DNA of 64,000 nt, taken from assembly GCA_041640655.1 (NCBI GenBank), contig JBEPZV010000008.1, forward strand, positions 1 through 64,000, read 5' to 3'. Shown here one piece after another: positions 8,432-18,953 of the stretch. How positions within the stretch are numbered: position 1 is the first letter of the stretch; each line of letters begins with the position of its first letter. This DNA is from a bacterium (GTDB lineage Bacteria > Acidobacteriota > Blastocatellia > HR10). The notes below the pieces were generated by a model that was not told the DNA's origin, made no database searches, and saw nothing but the letters and a program-made list of their open reading frames with translations. The position numbers were made by a program, and so were the translations under genes.

Positions 8432-10290
8432 GGCAATCTCGTCCACGCCGCGCGAACGGGATCCGACAAGTCCCAATGCGTTCTAGGGTTCTCCGGTGAG
8501 GACTCCTTCAAGATCCACCCGCGTTCGTCGAAGGTGACGCTCACGGGCGGACGCTCCAGGAGGAACGTGAACTCCTCGCGGCGCGCCTGATTCCACACGC
8601 GCCTCACCTCCATCGTTCCATCCACATAGCGAAGGGTGAACTCCACCGGCATGATGTAGATAGGCGGCCGGGTCGGATCTCGCCTCGGAACGAGATGCGT
8701 CTGCCGCTGCTCCAGCGACAGACGAAGCCGATAGCCCGCGCCGTCTGGTTGCACCGACCACGCGAAGGCGTAGATCGGGCGCATCGGCGCATAGACCCAT
8801 TGCTCGAAGAACCATTCGAGCGACGCGCCGTAGAACTCGGAGAAGACGCGCTGCAAATCCTCCGTGCTCGCATTCGCATAGGCGAAACGCCGTCCGTATT
8901 CCCGCAGCGCCGCGAAGAACCGATCCTCGCCGAGCAGATACCGGAGCATGTGCACGACCCACGCGCCTTTGGTGTAGATGGCGGGAATGTCGTCAAACGG
9001 ATCCGTCGCGTCTTCGGCGTACACGGTTCCGCGCAGCCGCCCGGAAGCGAGGCCGTCATCTCGCTGTCGCAACAGCTGTCCCGGATCGGCCCCGTACATC
9101 CGCTCGCGGAAGAGGACCTCGCCGTACGTGGCGAACCCCTCGCTCAACCAGATGTCGTGCCAGGTGCGCGGCGTCACCATGTTCCCCCACCACTGATGAG
9201 CGGCCTCGTGCACAATGGTATCCACAGACATGAGCGCGGACGATCCGATACTCGTCATCGTCTGATGCTCCATCGCCCCGCCCCAGGGGAATTCGGCCAT
9301 GCCGTATTTCTCGGCGAGGAACGGATACTCGCCGAACAGCTCGGCGAAGAGGCGCAGCGCCTCGCGCGTCATCGGGAAAGTACGCTGCGCGCGATCCAAA
9401 TGCTCCGGGTAGACGAGGTAGAGAAGCGGCATCGCCGTGCCGTCGCGCGCCACGTAGACGTCGGAGAATTCCACGAAGTTCGTAGCCGCGATCGAGATGA
9501 GATACGTGGCGATCGGATACCGCTCTCGCCACACGTAGGTGCGCCATCCATCGGGATGGAGGCGCACGTCCTCCAGAAGCCCGTTGGAGGCGACCACATA
9601 CCCCGGAGGGACGGTGACCTCAAGGTCCGCCGTCGCCTTATCAGCGGGATCATCCACGCAGGGCCACCAGGTGGGCGCGCCGTCGGGTTGGCTGAGCGTC
9701 GCGACGACGGGAAATCCCGAATGGGAGCTGAAGAACATCCCACTGGGGAATCGCCCGATCGGCATCGGTCGCCCGCTGTATTCGATCACGAGAGTGAACG
9801 TCCGCCTCGCAGCGAGCGACACCGGCACGCGCACTCGATCCTCCGCGTGGGTGAATGGAACCGGCGCGCCATCCAGCAGCACCCGCGCGACCGCGAGCGT
9901 GGTGACCAGATCAATCCGAACCTCATCAACAGGCGCCGTCGCACGACCGCGAATCGTCACCCGACCCTCGAGGCGACGCTCTTCAGGAAAGAGCGTGAGC
10001 TGCAACCCGTAATGCTCGATATCGAGCGGTTGCGGCTCGACGATGCGATGCGCGCGGATCTGGAAGATCGGCCTGTTCGGTTCCCTCCCCCAGGTGCGCC
10101 CTTTTTCAATTTCGAAGGCGCGCGGGGTCTCGCGCCTTGGGAGCGTCGGGATCCCCAGTGAGACTCCAATGAGGAGAATGAAGAGCAGCTCCGCACGCCC
10201 GCCGGTGCGGCGAGAGGCTCCCCAGGACCGCCATCGTCGTCCGAGGGAAGCCCCTCGATCGGCGTCCAGAACCATCCCCCACATCCCCAT
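8428..10290 (-). CDS. M1 family metallo-aminopeptidase, probably secreted
   Basis: GGAMEH, HEAAHQWWG...WLSEGFATY, YTKGAWV. Confidence 0.92.
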   Translation of the reverse strand: MGMWGMVLDADRGASLGRRWRSWGASRRTGGRAELLFILLIGVSLGIPTLPRRETPRAFEIEKGRTWGREPNRPIFQIRAHRIVEPQPLDIEHYGLQLTLFPEERRLEGRVTIRGRATAPVDEVRIDLVTTLAVARVLLDGAPVPFTHAEDRVRVPVSLAARRTFTLVIEYSGRPMPIGRFPSGMFFSSHSGFPVVATLSQPDGAPTWWPCVDDPADKATADLEVTVPPGYVVASNGLLEDVRLHPDGWRTYVWRERYPIATYLISIAATNFVEFSDVYVARDGTAMPLLYLVYPEHLDRAQRTFPMTREALRLFAELFGEYPFLAEKYGMAEFPWGGAMEHQTMTSIGSSALMSVDTIVHEAAHQWWGNMVTPRTWHDIWLSEGFATYGEVLFRERMYGADPGQLLRQRDDGLASGRLRGTVYAEDATDPFDDIPAIYTKGAWVVHMLRYLLGEDRFFAALREYGRRFAYANASTEDLQRVFSEFYGASLEWFFEQWVYAPMRPIYAFAWSVQPDGAGYRLRLSLEQRQTHLVPRRDPTRPPIYIMPVEFTLRYVDGTMEVRRVWNQARREEFTFLLERPPVSVTFDERGWILKESSPENPRTHWDLSDPVRAAWTRLP

Positions 10291-10295
10291 GCGAC

Positions 10296-12710
10296 CTAGC
10301 GCGGCGCTGTCCGAATCCAGAACGGGATATAGAGTGGCCGTGGCGTCGTCTGTTCGCCATCGGCGATGAGCACGAATCCCTCACTGTCAATGCGGTTGGT
10401 GATCGAGCCGGCATCAATCGTGAGCTTCAGGGTGAACGTCCCCGTTCCTCCGGCCGGCACCGTGAGCTGCGTCGGTGAGACGTCCACTTTCAGGAAAGAA
10501 GGTGCCGGCGGTGACAGCGCCGCTTGAATCGTATAGGTGGCCGCCGATTGGGAACGATTCTTGATCACGAACTCGCGAATGAGCGTCGTCGGCGTCCCCA
10601 CGACGACCGAACCGAAGCTGTGGCTCGGCGGATCCACAAGCGTGAGCACGCGCCGCGCGGCTTCCAAATCCACCAGGCCCGCGCCGCGATCCATGACGCG
10701 CGCCAGTCCCACCTCATTGGGTCCCGTCGGACGCGCCGCCGTCGTCATCAAGGCGGCCTTGATGTCCGCGGGCGACCAATCCGGATGAAGTTGCTTGAGC
10801 AAAGCGGCAGCCCCGGCCACGCGCGGCGCGGCGAAGCTGGTCCCCGAGGTGAAGACATAGCCGCTCGGATCGTACAACGTCGGTTGCAGCGAACCCGGAT
10901 CCGGGCGCGGGAACCGATTCTCGCCGCGCGGATCGTCGTCCTGGGCCGGGCCGTAGCTGCCGCCTCCGATCGTCACCAGATCGGGCTTGATCAACAGCAG
11001 GCGCGTCGGCGTCGGCCCCCGCGAGCTCTGCTCCAGCAACACATGTGGCTGCCGCTCGAAGACGAGCGGTTCGCTCGCCGGCGTCAGCGCAATGATCGTC
11101 TCCCGCCCATTAGTCGCATTCGTCGCCACGAGGTTCTTCAACGCGAGTCCGCTCGAGCGCGGCAGAAAGAGCGTCGGCAGAAATTGCCCGGCCAGCGGAA
11201 CGGCGTCAATCACATCACCCGCTTCCTGATTGTTGTAGATGATGAGCGCTGCGGCGCCGCTCACCCAGGCGTTGAGGGCCTTGGTGAGGATCAGGCAATT
11301 GCCGCGCTGAACCAGAAGCGCGCGATCCCGGACGAGCGCCGAGGGGAGGGGCTGACATCCATATCCGCCGCCATCCAATCGCCCATTATCGAGGAGATCG
11401 GCATCCACGACGGGCACCACCAGCGAGTCCGGAAACCGATTGGCGCGCACGCCCACGATCCGCACGAAGTTCGGTGGGGGTTCGGGCGAAGTCACCTGGA
11501 CGACCCGCAGTTGCCCCGGCGTGAACCCATCGTGCGCATTGGTCACGGCACCGACGGTGATGGCGCTCGGGGCCGTCCCCGGCGAGGAGATGGACGCACG
11601 ATCCGGACCGAAATTGCCCGCCGCCACGCAGACGATGACCCCTGCGGCGACGGCGTTCTCAACGGCTTCCACCTGCGGGTCCGGCTCCTCCGAAGGGCCG
11701 AGCGAGATGCTGCCGAAGCTGATGTTGATGACATCCATCCCATCGGCGATGGCCTCCTCAATGGCCTTGACGACGTTGTCGGTGGCCGCATTCGGCGCGA
11801 AGACCCGATAGCTCCCGATGAACGCCTTGGGCGCGACGCCGCTCAAGGTCACCGGCCGCGCGCCGGGCGTCCCGCGCAGGTCCACGAAATTCCCCGCCGC
11901 CGCTGCCGCCACGTGCGTCCCATGCCCGACCAGATCCTGAGCCGTGAAATGCCCCGGATTGACGTTCCTGTTGTTGAGATCCTGCAGCGACGGGATCACC
12001 TTGGCCACGATCACCTTGCTGTTGGCGAGCGTGAGATCGCCCTTGGGGAATCCTGGCGGCGGCACCAGCGTCGGATCATGAAACATGGGATTGCTGAAGT
12101 CCACGCCGCTATCAATGATCCCGATCTTGATGCCCCGTCCAGCGTTCTCCGGCCCCCCGACTGCCTCCCACAGCGCCGGCGCGCCCATCAAAGGATTGCT
12201 CACATCAAGCGGCAGCGGAGTCACCGGCTCTGCGAACAACCGATTCAGCCGAATGGGCGCCAGGCGCGCGACCTCGGGCCACCGCGCGACCTCCTCCACC
12301 TGATCTTCGGGAATCAGCGCGGCCACGCCGTTCAGGACGATGCGATATGCGTAGCCCCATTGCGCTTCGGGTATGCGCTGCCGGAGTCGCTCGGTGAAAA
12401 CCGTCTGCCGAGCTTCGAGATAGCTCAAGTAATTGGCCGAAGCCGGCGACTGCAGATCGAGTTTCCCCTCGCGCCGATTCTGCGGAGCGACGCGGAGACT
12501 GGTCGCCGCCAATCCCCGAACCCCACCCTCGTACTGGACCAGGGGAGGCTCATTGAAAATGACGATGTAAGCCTTCTTCCCCTCGACGGTCAGCGTCTCG
12601 GGAAAAGTCGGCACTTGTGACGGACGCCCCAGGAGCGACGTTCCCCACAACGGGTTCACGAGAACGCAAATTCCAACGAGCGCACTTCCGATCCATCGCG
12701 ACCACTTCAT
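10296..12710 (-). CDS. S8 subtilase (Vpr-like) with I9 prodomain, PA domain and C-terminal Ig/Fn3-like domain
   Basis: Triad IIDSG / GHGTHVA / SGTSFAAP; PA motif LVQRGNC; signal peptide from MKWSRW. Confidence 0.92.
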   Translation of the reverse strand: MKWSRWIGSALVGICVLVNPLWGTSLLGRPSQVPTFPETLTVEGKKAYIVIFNEPPLVQYEGGVRGLAATSLRVAPQNRREGKLDLQSPASANYLSYLEARQTVFTERLRQRIPEAQWGYAYRIVLNGVAALIPEDQVEEVARWPEVARLAPIRLNRLFAEPVTPLPLDVSNPLMGAPALWEAVGGPENAGRGIKIGIIDSGVDFSNPMFHDPTLVPPPGFPKGDLTLANSKVIVAKVIPSLQDLNNRNVNPGHFTAQDLVGHGTHVAAAAAGNFVDLRGTPGARPVTLSGVAPKAFIGSYRVFAPNAATDNVVKAIEEAIADGMDVINISFGSISLGPSEEPDPQVEAVENAVAAGVIVCVAAGNFGPDRASISSPGTAPSAITVGAVTNAHDGFTPGQLRVVQVTSPEPPPNFVRIVGVRANRFPDSLVVPVVDADLLDNGRLDGGGYGCQPLPSALVRDRALLVQRGNCLILTKALNAWVSGAAALIIYNNQEAGDVIDAVPLAGQFLPTLFLPRSSGLALKNLVATNATNGRETIIALTPASEPLVFERQPHVLLEQSSRGPTPTRLLLIKPDLVTIGGGSYGPAQDDDPRGENRFPRPDPGSLQPTLYDPSGYVFTSGTSFAAPRVAGAAALLKQLHPDWSPADIKAALMTTAARPTGPNEVGLARVMDRGAGLVDLEAARRVLTLVDPPSHSFGSVVVGTPTTLIREFVIKNRSQSAATYTIQAALSPPAPSFLKVDVSPTQLTVPAGGTGTFTLKLTIDAGSITNRIDSEGFVLIADGEQTTPRPLYIPFWIRTAPR

Positions 12711-12916
12711 ACCGCTTCCTCCTTTCCCGCACGCACGTCTTCGCATGCGCCCCTAGTCTAGGCCAAACGCCGTGCGCCGTAAAGAGGAAGTTTGGGGCGC
12801 CTCCTCACCCGCAAGCGGGACGCACGGGAGAGGTCACGAATCTCCTCGATGGCGCCCATAGAGAATCTTCCGCGCCTTTCCCTTGAGCCGATCCCTCGTG
12901 TACATTGTGAAACCGA

Positions 12917-14716
12917 ATGTTCGGGCTGAGCGCTTCGGATCACAGAGGAGGCCGATTCGAGGACCTGGGGGCGTTTCTCGCCTTTCTGGAGCGGCGCGGA
13001 CAGCTCGTCCGCGTTCACGTCGAAGTGGACCCGGTCCTCGAGGTGACCGAGATCGCGCAGCGCGTGGTTCGCGAGGGTGGCCCCGCGCTGCTGTTCGAGC
13101 GACCCAAAGGCGCCGCCTTCCCCCTGGTCATCAATCTGTTCGGGACGGCCGAGCGCATCCGATGGGCCCTGGGACGAGAACCGGCCGAGATCGGCGAGGA
13201 GCTCCTTCATGCACTCGAACAGGTGAATCCTCCGACTCTTCGCGGTCTCTGGCGCTCGCGCGCACTCTTTCGTCGAGCGCTCAGTATGCGCCCGCGCCGC
13301 GTGCGACGCGCGCCCGTGCAAGAGATCGTCGAGGAGCCGGACCTCTGGAAGCTCCCGATCCTGAAATGCTGGCCGGAGGACGGCGGACGCTTCATCACGT
13401 TTGGGCTCGTGCTCACGGAACACCCGAAGACGCATCGGCGAAACCTGGGCCTCTACCGTCTGCACGTCTTCGAACGTGATCGAACGGGAATGCACTGGCA
13501 AAGCCTCAAGGGGGGCCGGGCGCATTACGAGGAGGCCGAGCGCGAGGGCCGTCCGCTGCTCGTGGCCGTGATCCTGGGCGGCGATCCCGCACTGATGCTC
13601 TCGGCCATCCTACCCTTGCCGGAGGATTTCGACGAGATCGCTTTCGCCGGATTCTTGCGTGGCCGACCTCTTCCCATGGTCCGAGCCCGCACGATCCCGC
13701 TGCTGGTTCCGGCTCATGCGGAGTTCGTCCTCGAAGGCATCGTCCCTCCCTACGAACGCCAGATGGAGGGCCCCTTCGGCGATCACTTCGGCCATTATTC
13801 AGAAGCCGCTCCCTTCCCCATCTTTCAAATTCACCGGATCACGCGTCGTCGTCGCGCGATCTACCCGGCCACGGTCGTGGGCAAGCCACCTCAGGAGGAT
13901 AAGTATCTCGGCATCGCCGCCAACGAAATGATCGGCCCGCTCGTGCGACTCCTCAATCCGAACGTCGTGGACCTCTGGGCGTTTCCGGGAGCCGGGTTTC
14001 ACAATCTGCTCGGCGTCTCCCTTCGAGAGCGCCATCCGAAGGAAGCGCTCAAGACGGCCTTCGCGCTGCTGGGACTTGGACAGTTGGCCCTCACGAAAGT
14101 GATGATCCTGGTGCGGGAGGATGTGAACTGTCGGAGCTTCCCGGCCCTGCTGCGCGAGCTGTGGTTTCGCTTCGATCCGCAGCAGCATCTGGTGCTTCTG
14201 CCGACGGCTCCACTGGACACGCTCGACTTCACCTCCTTCGTCCCCCACGTCGGCGGCAAACTCATCCTCGACGCCACGGGCGAGCGGATTCGAGAGAACC
14301 CACCGCCTACCGAGGTCACCGATCCGCGAACGCTCGATCGGCGCATCCTCGCGCATCGCGTATTGGACGGGGGGGTGCTCGTCCTCACCATTGAGCGCGA
14401 GGCGCGCGCCGTGCTGGAGGACCTGGTGCGCGCTCCGACTCTGGGCCCTGTGAGAATCCTGATCGCCGTCAGTCCCGACGTGCGGCTCGAGGATGAGGAG
14501 AATCTCTTGTGGGGTATCTTCACCCGCTTCGATCCCGCCCGCGATCTCCTGTGCGAAGAGATGCGCATGGTCGGAGCGCGCCCCCTGTATCGCGGACGCA
14601 TGGCGATTGATGCGACGTGGAAGGCAGGATATCCGCGCCCCCTCGAGATGAGGGAGGACATCATGCGCCTGGTGGACCGACGCTGGTCCGAATACTTCCC
14701 AACGGAGAGGAGATGA
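12917..14716 (+). CDS. UbiD family prFMN-dependent decarboxylase (menaquinone/futalosine-pathway type)
   Basis: GPALLFE, NLGLYR, EFVLEG, EGPFGDHFGHY, GKPPQED, IDATWK. Confidence 0.88.
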   Translation: MFGLSASDHRGGRFEDLGAFLAFLERRGQLVRVHVEVDPVLEVTEIAQRVVREGGPALLFERPKGAAFPLVINLFGTAERIRWALGREPAEIGEELLHALEQVNPPTLRGLWRSRALFRRALSMRPRRVRRAPVQEIVEEPDLWKLPILKCWPEDGGRFITFGLVLTEHPKTHRRNLGLYRLHVFERDRTGMHWQSLKGGRAHYEEAEREGRPLLVAVILGGDPALMLSAILPLPEDFDEIAFAGFLRGRPLPMVRARTIPLLVPAHAEFVLEGIVPPYERQMEGPFGDHFGHYSEAAPFPIFQIHRITRRRRAIYPATVVGKPPQEDKYLGIAANEMIGPLVRLLNPNVVDLWAFPGAGFHNLLGVSLRERHPKEALKTAFALLGLGQLALTKVMILVREDVNCRSFPALLRELWFRFDPQQHLVLLPTAPLDTLDFTSFVPHVGGKLILDATGERIRENPPPTEVTDPRTLDRRILAHRVLDGGVLVLTIEREARAVLEDLVRAPTLGPVRILIAVSPDVRLEDEENLLWGIFTRFDPARDLLCEEMRMVGARPLYRGRMAIDATWKAGYPRPLEMREDIMRLVDRRWSEYFPTERR

Positions 14717-14765
14717 TCCCCTCCCTGCAATCGTCACGGTGCGTTCACGGCGCCCTCGCGTCCGG

Positions 14766-15698
14766 CTACCGCGTGATCGCCGGGCGCAAAGCCGCCGCGC
14801 GATCCTTCGGCACCGCCAGATAACCGATGATGCGATCGGGTTTCACCTCGTTGACGACCAGCTCGTAGGGTGACGTCCCCCGTTCGGCGCGAAACTGGAT
14901 GGGCGTGTTGATGAGATTCTCCTTGCGCTCCACCTGACGATCACCCACGTAGAGCGCGATGTTGAATTTCTGCTTTTTGACATCGGTCTTGGTCAGCCGA
15001 ATCCGAATATCGGCGACCTGCTGCCATCCGCTCTTCTTCGTGATGTCGAATTCGAAATACTCACGCTCGCCGCGGCGCCGCAGCTCTTGAAGCTCCTCGC
15101 GATTGCGCGCGATGAGCGTGCCATACTCGCTGAGCTTCAGTTGAATGCTCCCGATCTCTTGCTTGGCGCGCTCCACCTCCTGGCGCGTGGCTGAGACGTC
15201 GCCTTTGACGGTCGTGATCTCGCCGGTGATCGCGCCGATCCGACGCGCATGTTCCTCTTGCAAGGCCGAGAGCTGCGCGGCCTCCGCTTTTCGCGCCAGC
15301 TCAGCCTGAAGCGCAGCGACCCGCTGCTCTTGCTCCCGCTTGATCTCGGCGGCTAAAGCACGCGCACGTTGCAGCTCCTTCTCCGTGATGCCGATGTGCT
15401 CCGCAGTGACCTCCAGTTGCGCCTTCAAATTCGCATAGCGCGCGTCAGCATCATCCAAACGCTTGAGCACCACCTCCATGTCCCGATTGGTCTCGTTCAA
15501 CTCGGCGCGCAGTTGCCGCGTCGTCGCCCTCAGGTCGTAGATCAGATAGAGCAGGGCGCCCACGACGCTGAAGATCAGGACGGCTCCGGCAAGAAGCGGC
15601 CACAGGCGACGTCTCGCTTCCGCAGGCGATGCCCCCTCCTGAGGTTCGTTCGGAAGCGATCTTCCCAAAAGCAACTCATCGAGCGTCTTTCGCGCCAT
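14766..15698 (-). CDS. Single-TM, long coiled-coil protein with C-terminal beta domain, function unknown
   Basis: TM near the N-terminus, heptad-rich middle, C-terminal GEREYFEFDI...IIGYLAVPK. Confidence 0.75.
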   Translation of the reverse strand: MARKTLDELLLGRSLPNEPQEGASPAEARRRLWPLLAGAVLIFSVVGALLYLIYDLRATTRQLRAELNETNRDMEVVLKRLDDADARYANLKAQLEVTAEHIGITEKELQRARALAAEIKREQEQRVAALQAELARKAEAAQLSALQEEHARRIGAITGEITTVKGDVSATRQEVERAKQEIGSIQLKLSEYGTLIARNREELQELRRRGEREYFEFDITKKSGWQQVADIRIRLTKTDVKKQKFNIALYVGDRQVERKENLINTPIQFRAERGTSPYELVVNEVKPDRIIGYLAVPKDRAAALRPAITR

Positions 15699-15896
15699 AT
15701 CCCCTCCTTGATCTGAGGTCTTCCCATCCGAGCCCAGTTGGATGAGCCACCGACCGAGCGCGTTGCCCCCCTCCGAGAGGGGCCTTCAAGTGTACCACTT
15801 CCACTCGGAGAAGCGAAGGGCGACCCGCGATTGCCCTCCACTCGCATCTCGTGCTACAACAATCGCCGGATGAAGACTCGTGACCGGAGGGGGAAT

Positions 15897-16310
15897 ATGG
15901 CTGATGCTGACCTCGAACGCGAGCTTCTCTCCCTAGAGGAGGAACAGGTCGCCGCCTTCAATCGCCGGGATGTCCCCGCCGCGCTCGCCAGCTTCTCCCC
16001 CGCGATCGTGGGATTCTCCTCGACGCGGCACGAGCGCGTCCGGGGACTGGAGGCGCTGCGCGAGACGTTCGAGTACTATCTTCGACAGGCGGAGCACGTC
16101 GAATACCGAATCTCGGAGCCGCTCGTTCAGGCGTTCGGCGATACGGCGGTCGTGAGTTTCTATTGGACGGTCACCCTGAGCGATGGCGCGCACCGGCGCG
16201 AGATTCACGGACGCGGCACACACGTCTTCCATCGGGAGAACGGTCACTGGCGGATCGTGCATGAACACTTCTCGCGCGCGCACCACCGCTCGGAGAAGGA
16301 GACCGGGTGA
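15897..16310 (+). CDS. NTF2-like/SnoaL (YybH/DUF4440) protein
   Basis: FGDTAVV...GRGTHVF...WRIVHEHFS; SD GGAGG upstream. Confidence 0.8.
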   Translation: MADADLERELLSLEEEQVAAFNRRDVPAALASFSPAIVGFSSTRHERVRGLEALRETFEYYLRQAEHVEYRISEPLVQAFGDTAVVSFYWTVTLSDGAHRREIHGRGTHVFHRENGHWRIVHEHFSRAHHRSEKETG

Positions 16311-16322
16311 GAGCGCGCGATC

Positions 16323-16772
16323 TCAAAACTGCTTGCGGCTATCCAGAAGCAGAGTGACCGGACCGGCGTTCACCAGCTCGACGTCCATCATCTCCTGAAA
16401 GACCCCGGTCTCCACGCGCGGGCCATACTGGCGGGCCTTCTCGATGAAGTACTCATAGAGCGCGCGCGCTCGCTCCGGAGGGGCGGCCTCAGAGTACGAG
16501 GGACGTCGGCCCCGCCGACAATCGCCGTAAAGGGTGAATTGCGAGACGACGAGCATCTCTCCGCCCACGTCCAGAAGCGAACGGTTCATCTTCCCCGCCT
16601 CGTCCTCGAAGATGCGCAGGTGGACGATCTTCTCGGCGAGGTAATCCGCGTCGGCCCCCGTATCCTCCCGGCCGACGCCAAGCAGAACGAGAAGGCCGCG
16701 CCCAATCTCTCCGACCACGCGGCCGCCGACGCGCACGCGCGCGTAAGCGACACGTTGGACAACAGCCCGCAC
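16323..16772 (-). CDS. dtd: D-aminoacyl-tRNA deacylase
   Basis: MRAVVQRV, SQFTL, GRRPS, NAGPVT. Confidence 0.97.
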   Translation of the reverse strand: MRAVVQRVAYARVRVGGRVVGEIGRGLLVLLGVGREDTGADADYLAEKIVHLRIFEDEAGKMNRSLLDVGGEMLVVSQFTLYGDCRRGRRPSYSEAAPPERARALYEYFIEKARQYGPRVETGVFQEMMDVELVNAGPVTLLLDSRKQF

Positions 16773-16832
16773 CTGCTTCTGCCCTCGGGGAGATCTCGCT
16801 GGGGCCCTCCGTCCGGAACCCCAGCTACCATC

Positions 16833-18053
16833 TCATTCGTAGCGTAACGCCTCAATGGGATCGAGCGAAGCGGCCTTATGGGCCGGGTAATATCCGAAGA
16901 AGATGCCCACGGCCGCCGCGAAGCCAAATGAGATGACCATCGAGAGCGGAGAGACCAGCGTCGGCCAGCCGAGCACGCGCGAGATGCCCACCGCGAGTCC
17001 GACGCCCAGAAGAAGCCCGAGAATCCCCCCCATCAGGCAGAGGACCACTGATTCGGTCAGAAACTGCATGCGAATATGGCCGGGGCGCGCGCCGACGGCC
17101 ATACGGATGCCGATCTCGCGCGTGCGCTCGGTCACCGATACGAGCATGATGTTCATGATGCCGATGCCCCCGACAATAAGCGAGACGGCGGCGATGCTGC
17201 CCAACAGCAGCGTCATCACGCGATTGGTCTGCTCGGCCGCCTCGGCGATCTCCGTCATATTCCGAACCATGAAATCGTCCTGCCCGGGCGGCGTCTTATG
17301 GCGTTGCCGCAGCAGTTCGGTCACCTGCTGCTCACCCGCCGTCGCCGCCGTGGGCGAGACGAACGAGATCATGATGGCATTGACCGAGAGGATCTGCTGC
17401 CCGAGCAGCTTCTTCTGCACCGTCGTGTAGGGCATGACGATGACGTCATCCTGATCCTGCCCCATCACGGATTGCCCTTTCGGAGCGAGGACGCCGATCA
17501 CGCGGAAAGGCAGATTCCGGATGCGAATAGTCTGTCCGACCGGACTGAGGCCCTGAAAGAGGTTGTCCACCACGGTCTTGCCGAGCACGACGACGCGCGC
17601 GGCGGCGCGCACATCGCCCTCGTTGAAGAACTCGCCCTCCCGCACGGGCCAATTCCGAATCGTGGGGAACTTCTCATTGGTCCCCTGGATCGAGGTGAAC
17701 CAGTTCTGATTCCCGAAGACGACCTGCGCCGAGGCCCGCACGATCGGAGAGGCCGCCCGCACGAGCGGGATCTCGCGCTCGATCGCCTCCGCATCCTCGG
17801 CCGTGAGCGTGGCGGCCGCTCCGGCGCCCAAGCGCACACCGCCCCACATCCGGCTCCCGGCCCAGACGAACATGACGTTGGTCCCCATGCTCTGAATCTG
17901 ATCCTTGACCATCGCCTGAGCCCCCTGACCAATGGAGACCATGGCGATGACAGCCCCAACGCCAATGATGATGCCGAGCATCGTGAGCGTCGAGCGCAGC
18001 TTATTCCGTCCTAAGGCCCGGAAGGCCACTTTCAAAATAGCCCAAATCCTCAT
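16833..18053 (-). CDS. MacB-family ABC permease
   Basis: [48 protein letters not shown]. Confidence 0.95.
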   Translation of the reverse strand: MRIWAILKVAFRALGRNKLRSTLTMLGIIIGVGAVIAMVSIGQGAQAMVKDQIQSMGTNVMFVWAGSRMWGGVRLGAGAAATLTAEDAEAIEREIPLVRAASPIVRASAQVVFGNQNWFTSIQGTNEKFPTIRNWPVREGEFFNEGDVRAAARVVVLGKTVVDNLFQGLSPVGQTIRIRNLPFRVIGVLAPKGQSVMGQDQDDVIVMPYTTVQKKLLGQQILSVNAIMISFVSPTAATAGEQQVTELLRQRHKTPPGQDDFMVRNMTEIAEAAEQTNRVMTLLLGSIAAVSLIVGGIGIMNIMLVSVTERTREIGIRMAVGARPGHIRMQFLTESVVLCLMGGILGLLLGVGLAVGISRVLGWPTLVSPLSMVISFGFAAAVGIFFGYYPAHKAASLDPIEALRYE

Positions 18054-18894
18054 ACGCGTCCCCCTCCTCCTCTTCCGGTGGCAAACTCGCCAAGACCTCA
18101 CGCGCCTCGCGCGGGGTCTCCACCGGCACATCGTGTCGAATGCGCCCATCGCGGAAGAGGATGATGCGCCGGGCATACTGCGCGATGTCGTGCTCGTGAG
18201 TGACGATGATGATCGTCAGATTCCGCTCCCGATTCAAGCGCTGGAAGATCTCCATCACCTCGACCGACGTCCGGCTGTCCAAGTTCCCGGTCGGCTCATC
18301 GGCGAGGATGATCGAGGGGTTGTTGACGAGCGCGCGAGCGATGGCCACGCGCTGTTGCTGACCCCCGGAGAGCTGATTGGGAAGACTCCTCTCCTTATCC
18401 GCCAGTCCCACGGCAGCCAAAGCCTCGCGCGCGCGCCGCCATCGCTCCTTGGCCGGCACGCCCGCATACAGGAGCGGAAGCTCCACATTCTCCAGGGCCG
18501 ACGTACGCGGCACCAGGTTGAACGCCTGAAAGACGAATCCAATCCGCCGATTGCGAATGTCGGCCAGCTCGTTCTTGGAGAGCGTCGAGACGTCCACGCC
18601 CTCCAAGAAGTACCGTCCGCGCGTCGGGCGATCCAAGCACCCCAGGATGTTCATCAGTGTGGATTTCCCCGATCCGGATGGCCCCATGATCGCCACGAAC
18701 TCCCCGCGCTCGATCACCAGCGAGACCCCCCGCAGCGCGTGAACCTCGACCTCGCCCGTGTTGTACACCTTATGCACCCGCTCCAGACGAATGACCTGAT
18801 TCGGCGCGTACGGGGGCAGCCGCACGCTGCTCTCATCCTCTTTGCGATGCCAAATCTCTTTCTGGACCGTCTCGACCAAGCTCTCCCTCCTCAT
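18001..18894 (-). CDS. MacB/LolD-type ABC ATP-binding protein
   Basis: [29 protein letters not shown]. Confidence 0.95.
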   Translation of the reverse strand: MRRESLVETVQKEIWHRKEDESSVRLPPYAPNQVIRLERVHKVYNTGEVEVHALRGVSLVIERGEFVAIMGPSGSGKSTLMNILGCLDRPTRGRYFLEGVDVSTLSKNELADIRNRRIGFVFQAFNLVPRTSALENVELPLLYAGVPAKERWRRAREALAAVGLADKERSLPNQLSGGQQQRVAIARALVNNPSIILADEPTGNLDSRTSVEVMEIFQRLNRERNLTIIIVTHEHDIAQYARRIILFRDGRIRHDVPVETPREAREVLASLPPEEEEGDAYEDLGYFESGLPGLRTE

Positions 18895-18953
18895 GATAAG
18901 GTGGCCTCGCGAGGGCTCCAGCGAGGTCCCGTGCGAACGTCCCCCTCATTCGC

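Noticed and set aside
10524..12620. 698-aa plus-strand ORF
   Set aside because: Antisense shadow of the S8 protease.
15740..15850. Several short inverted repeats in a divergent intergenic region as an ncRNA
   Set aside because: Short GC-rich stems are expected by chance, and there is no recognisable family or terminator.
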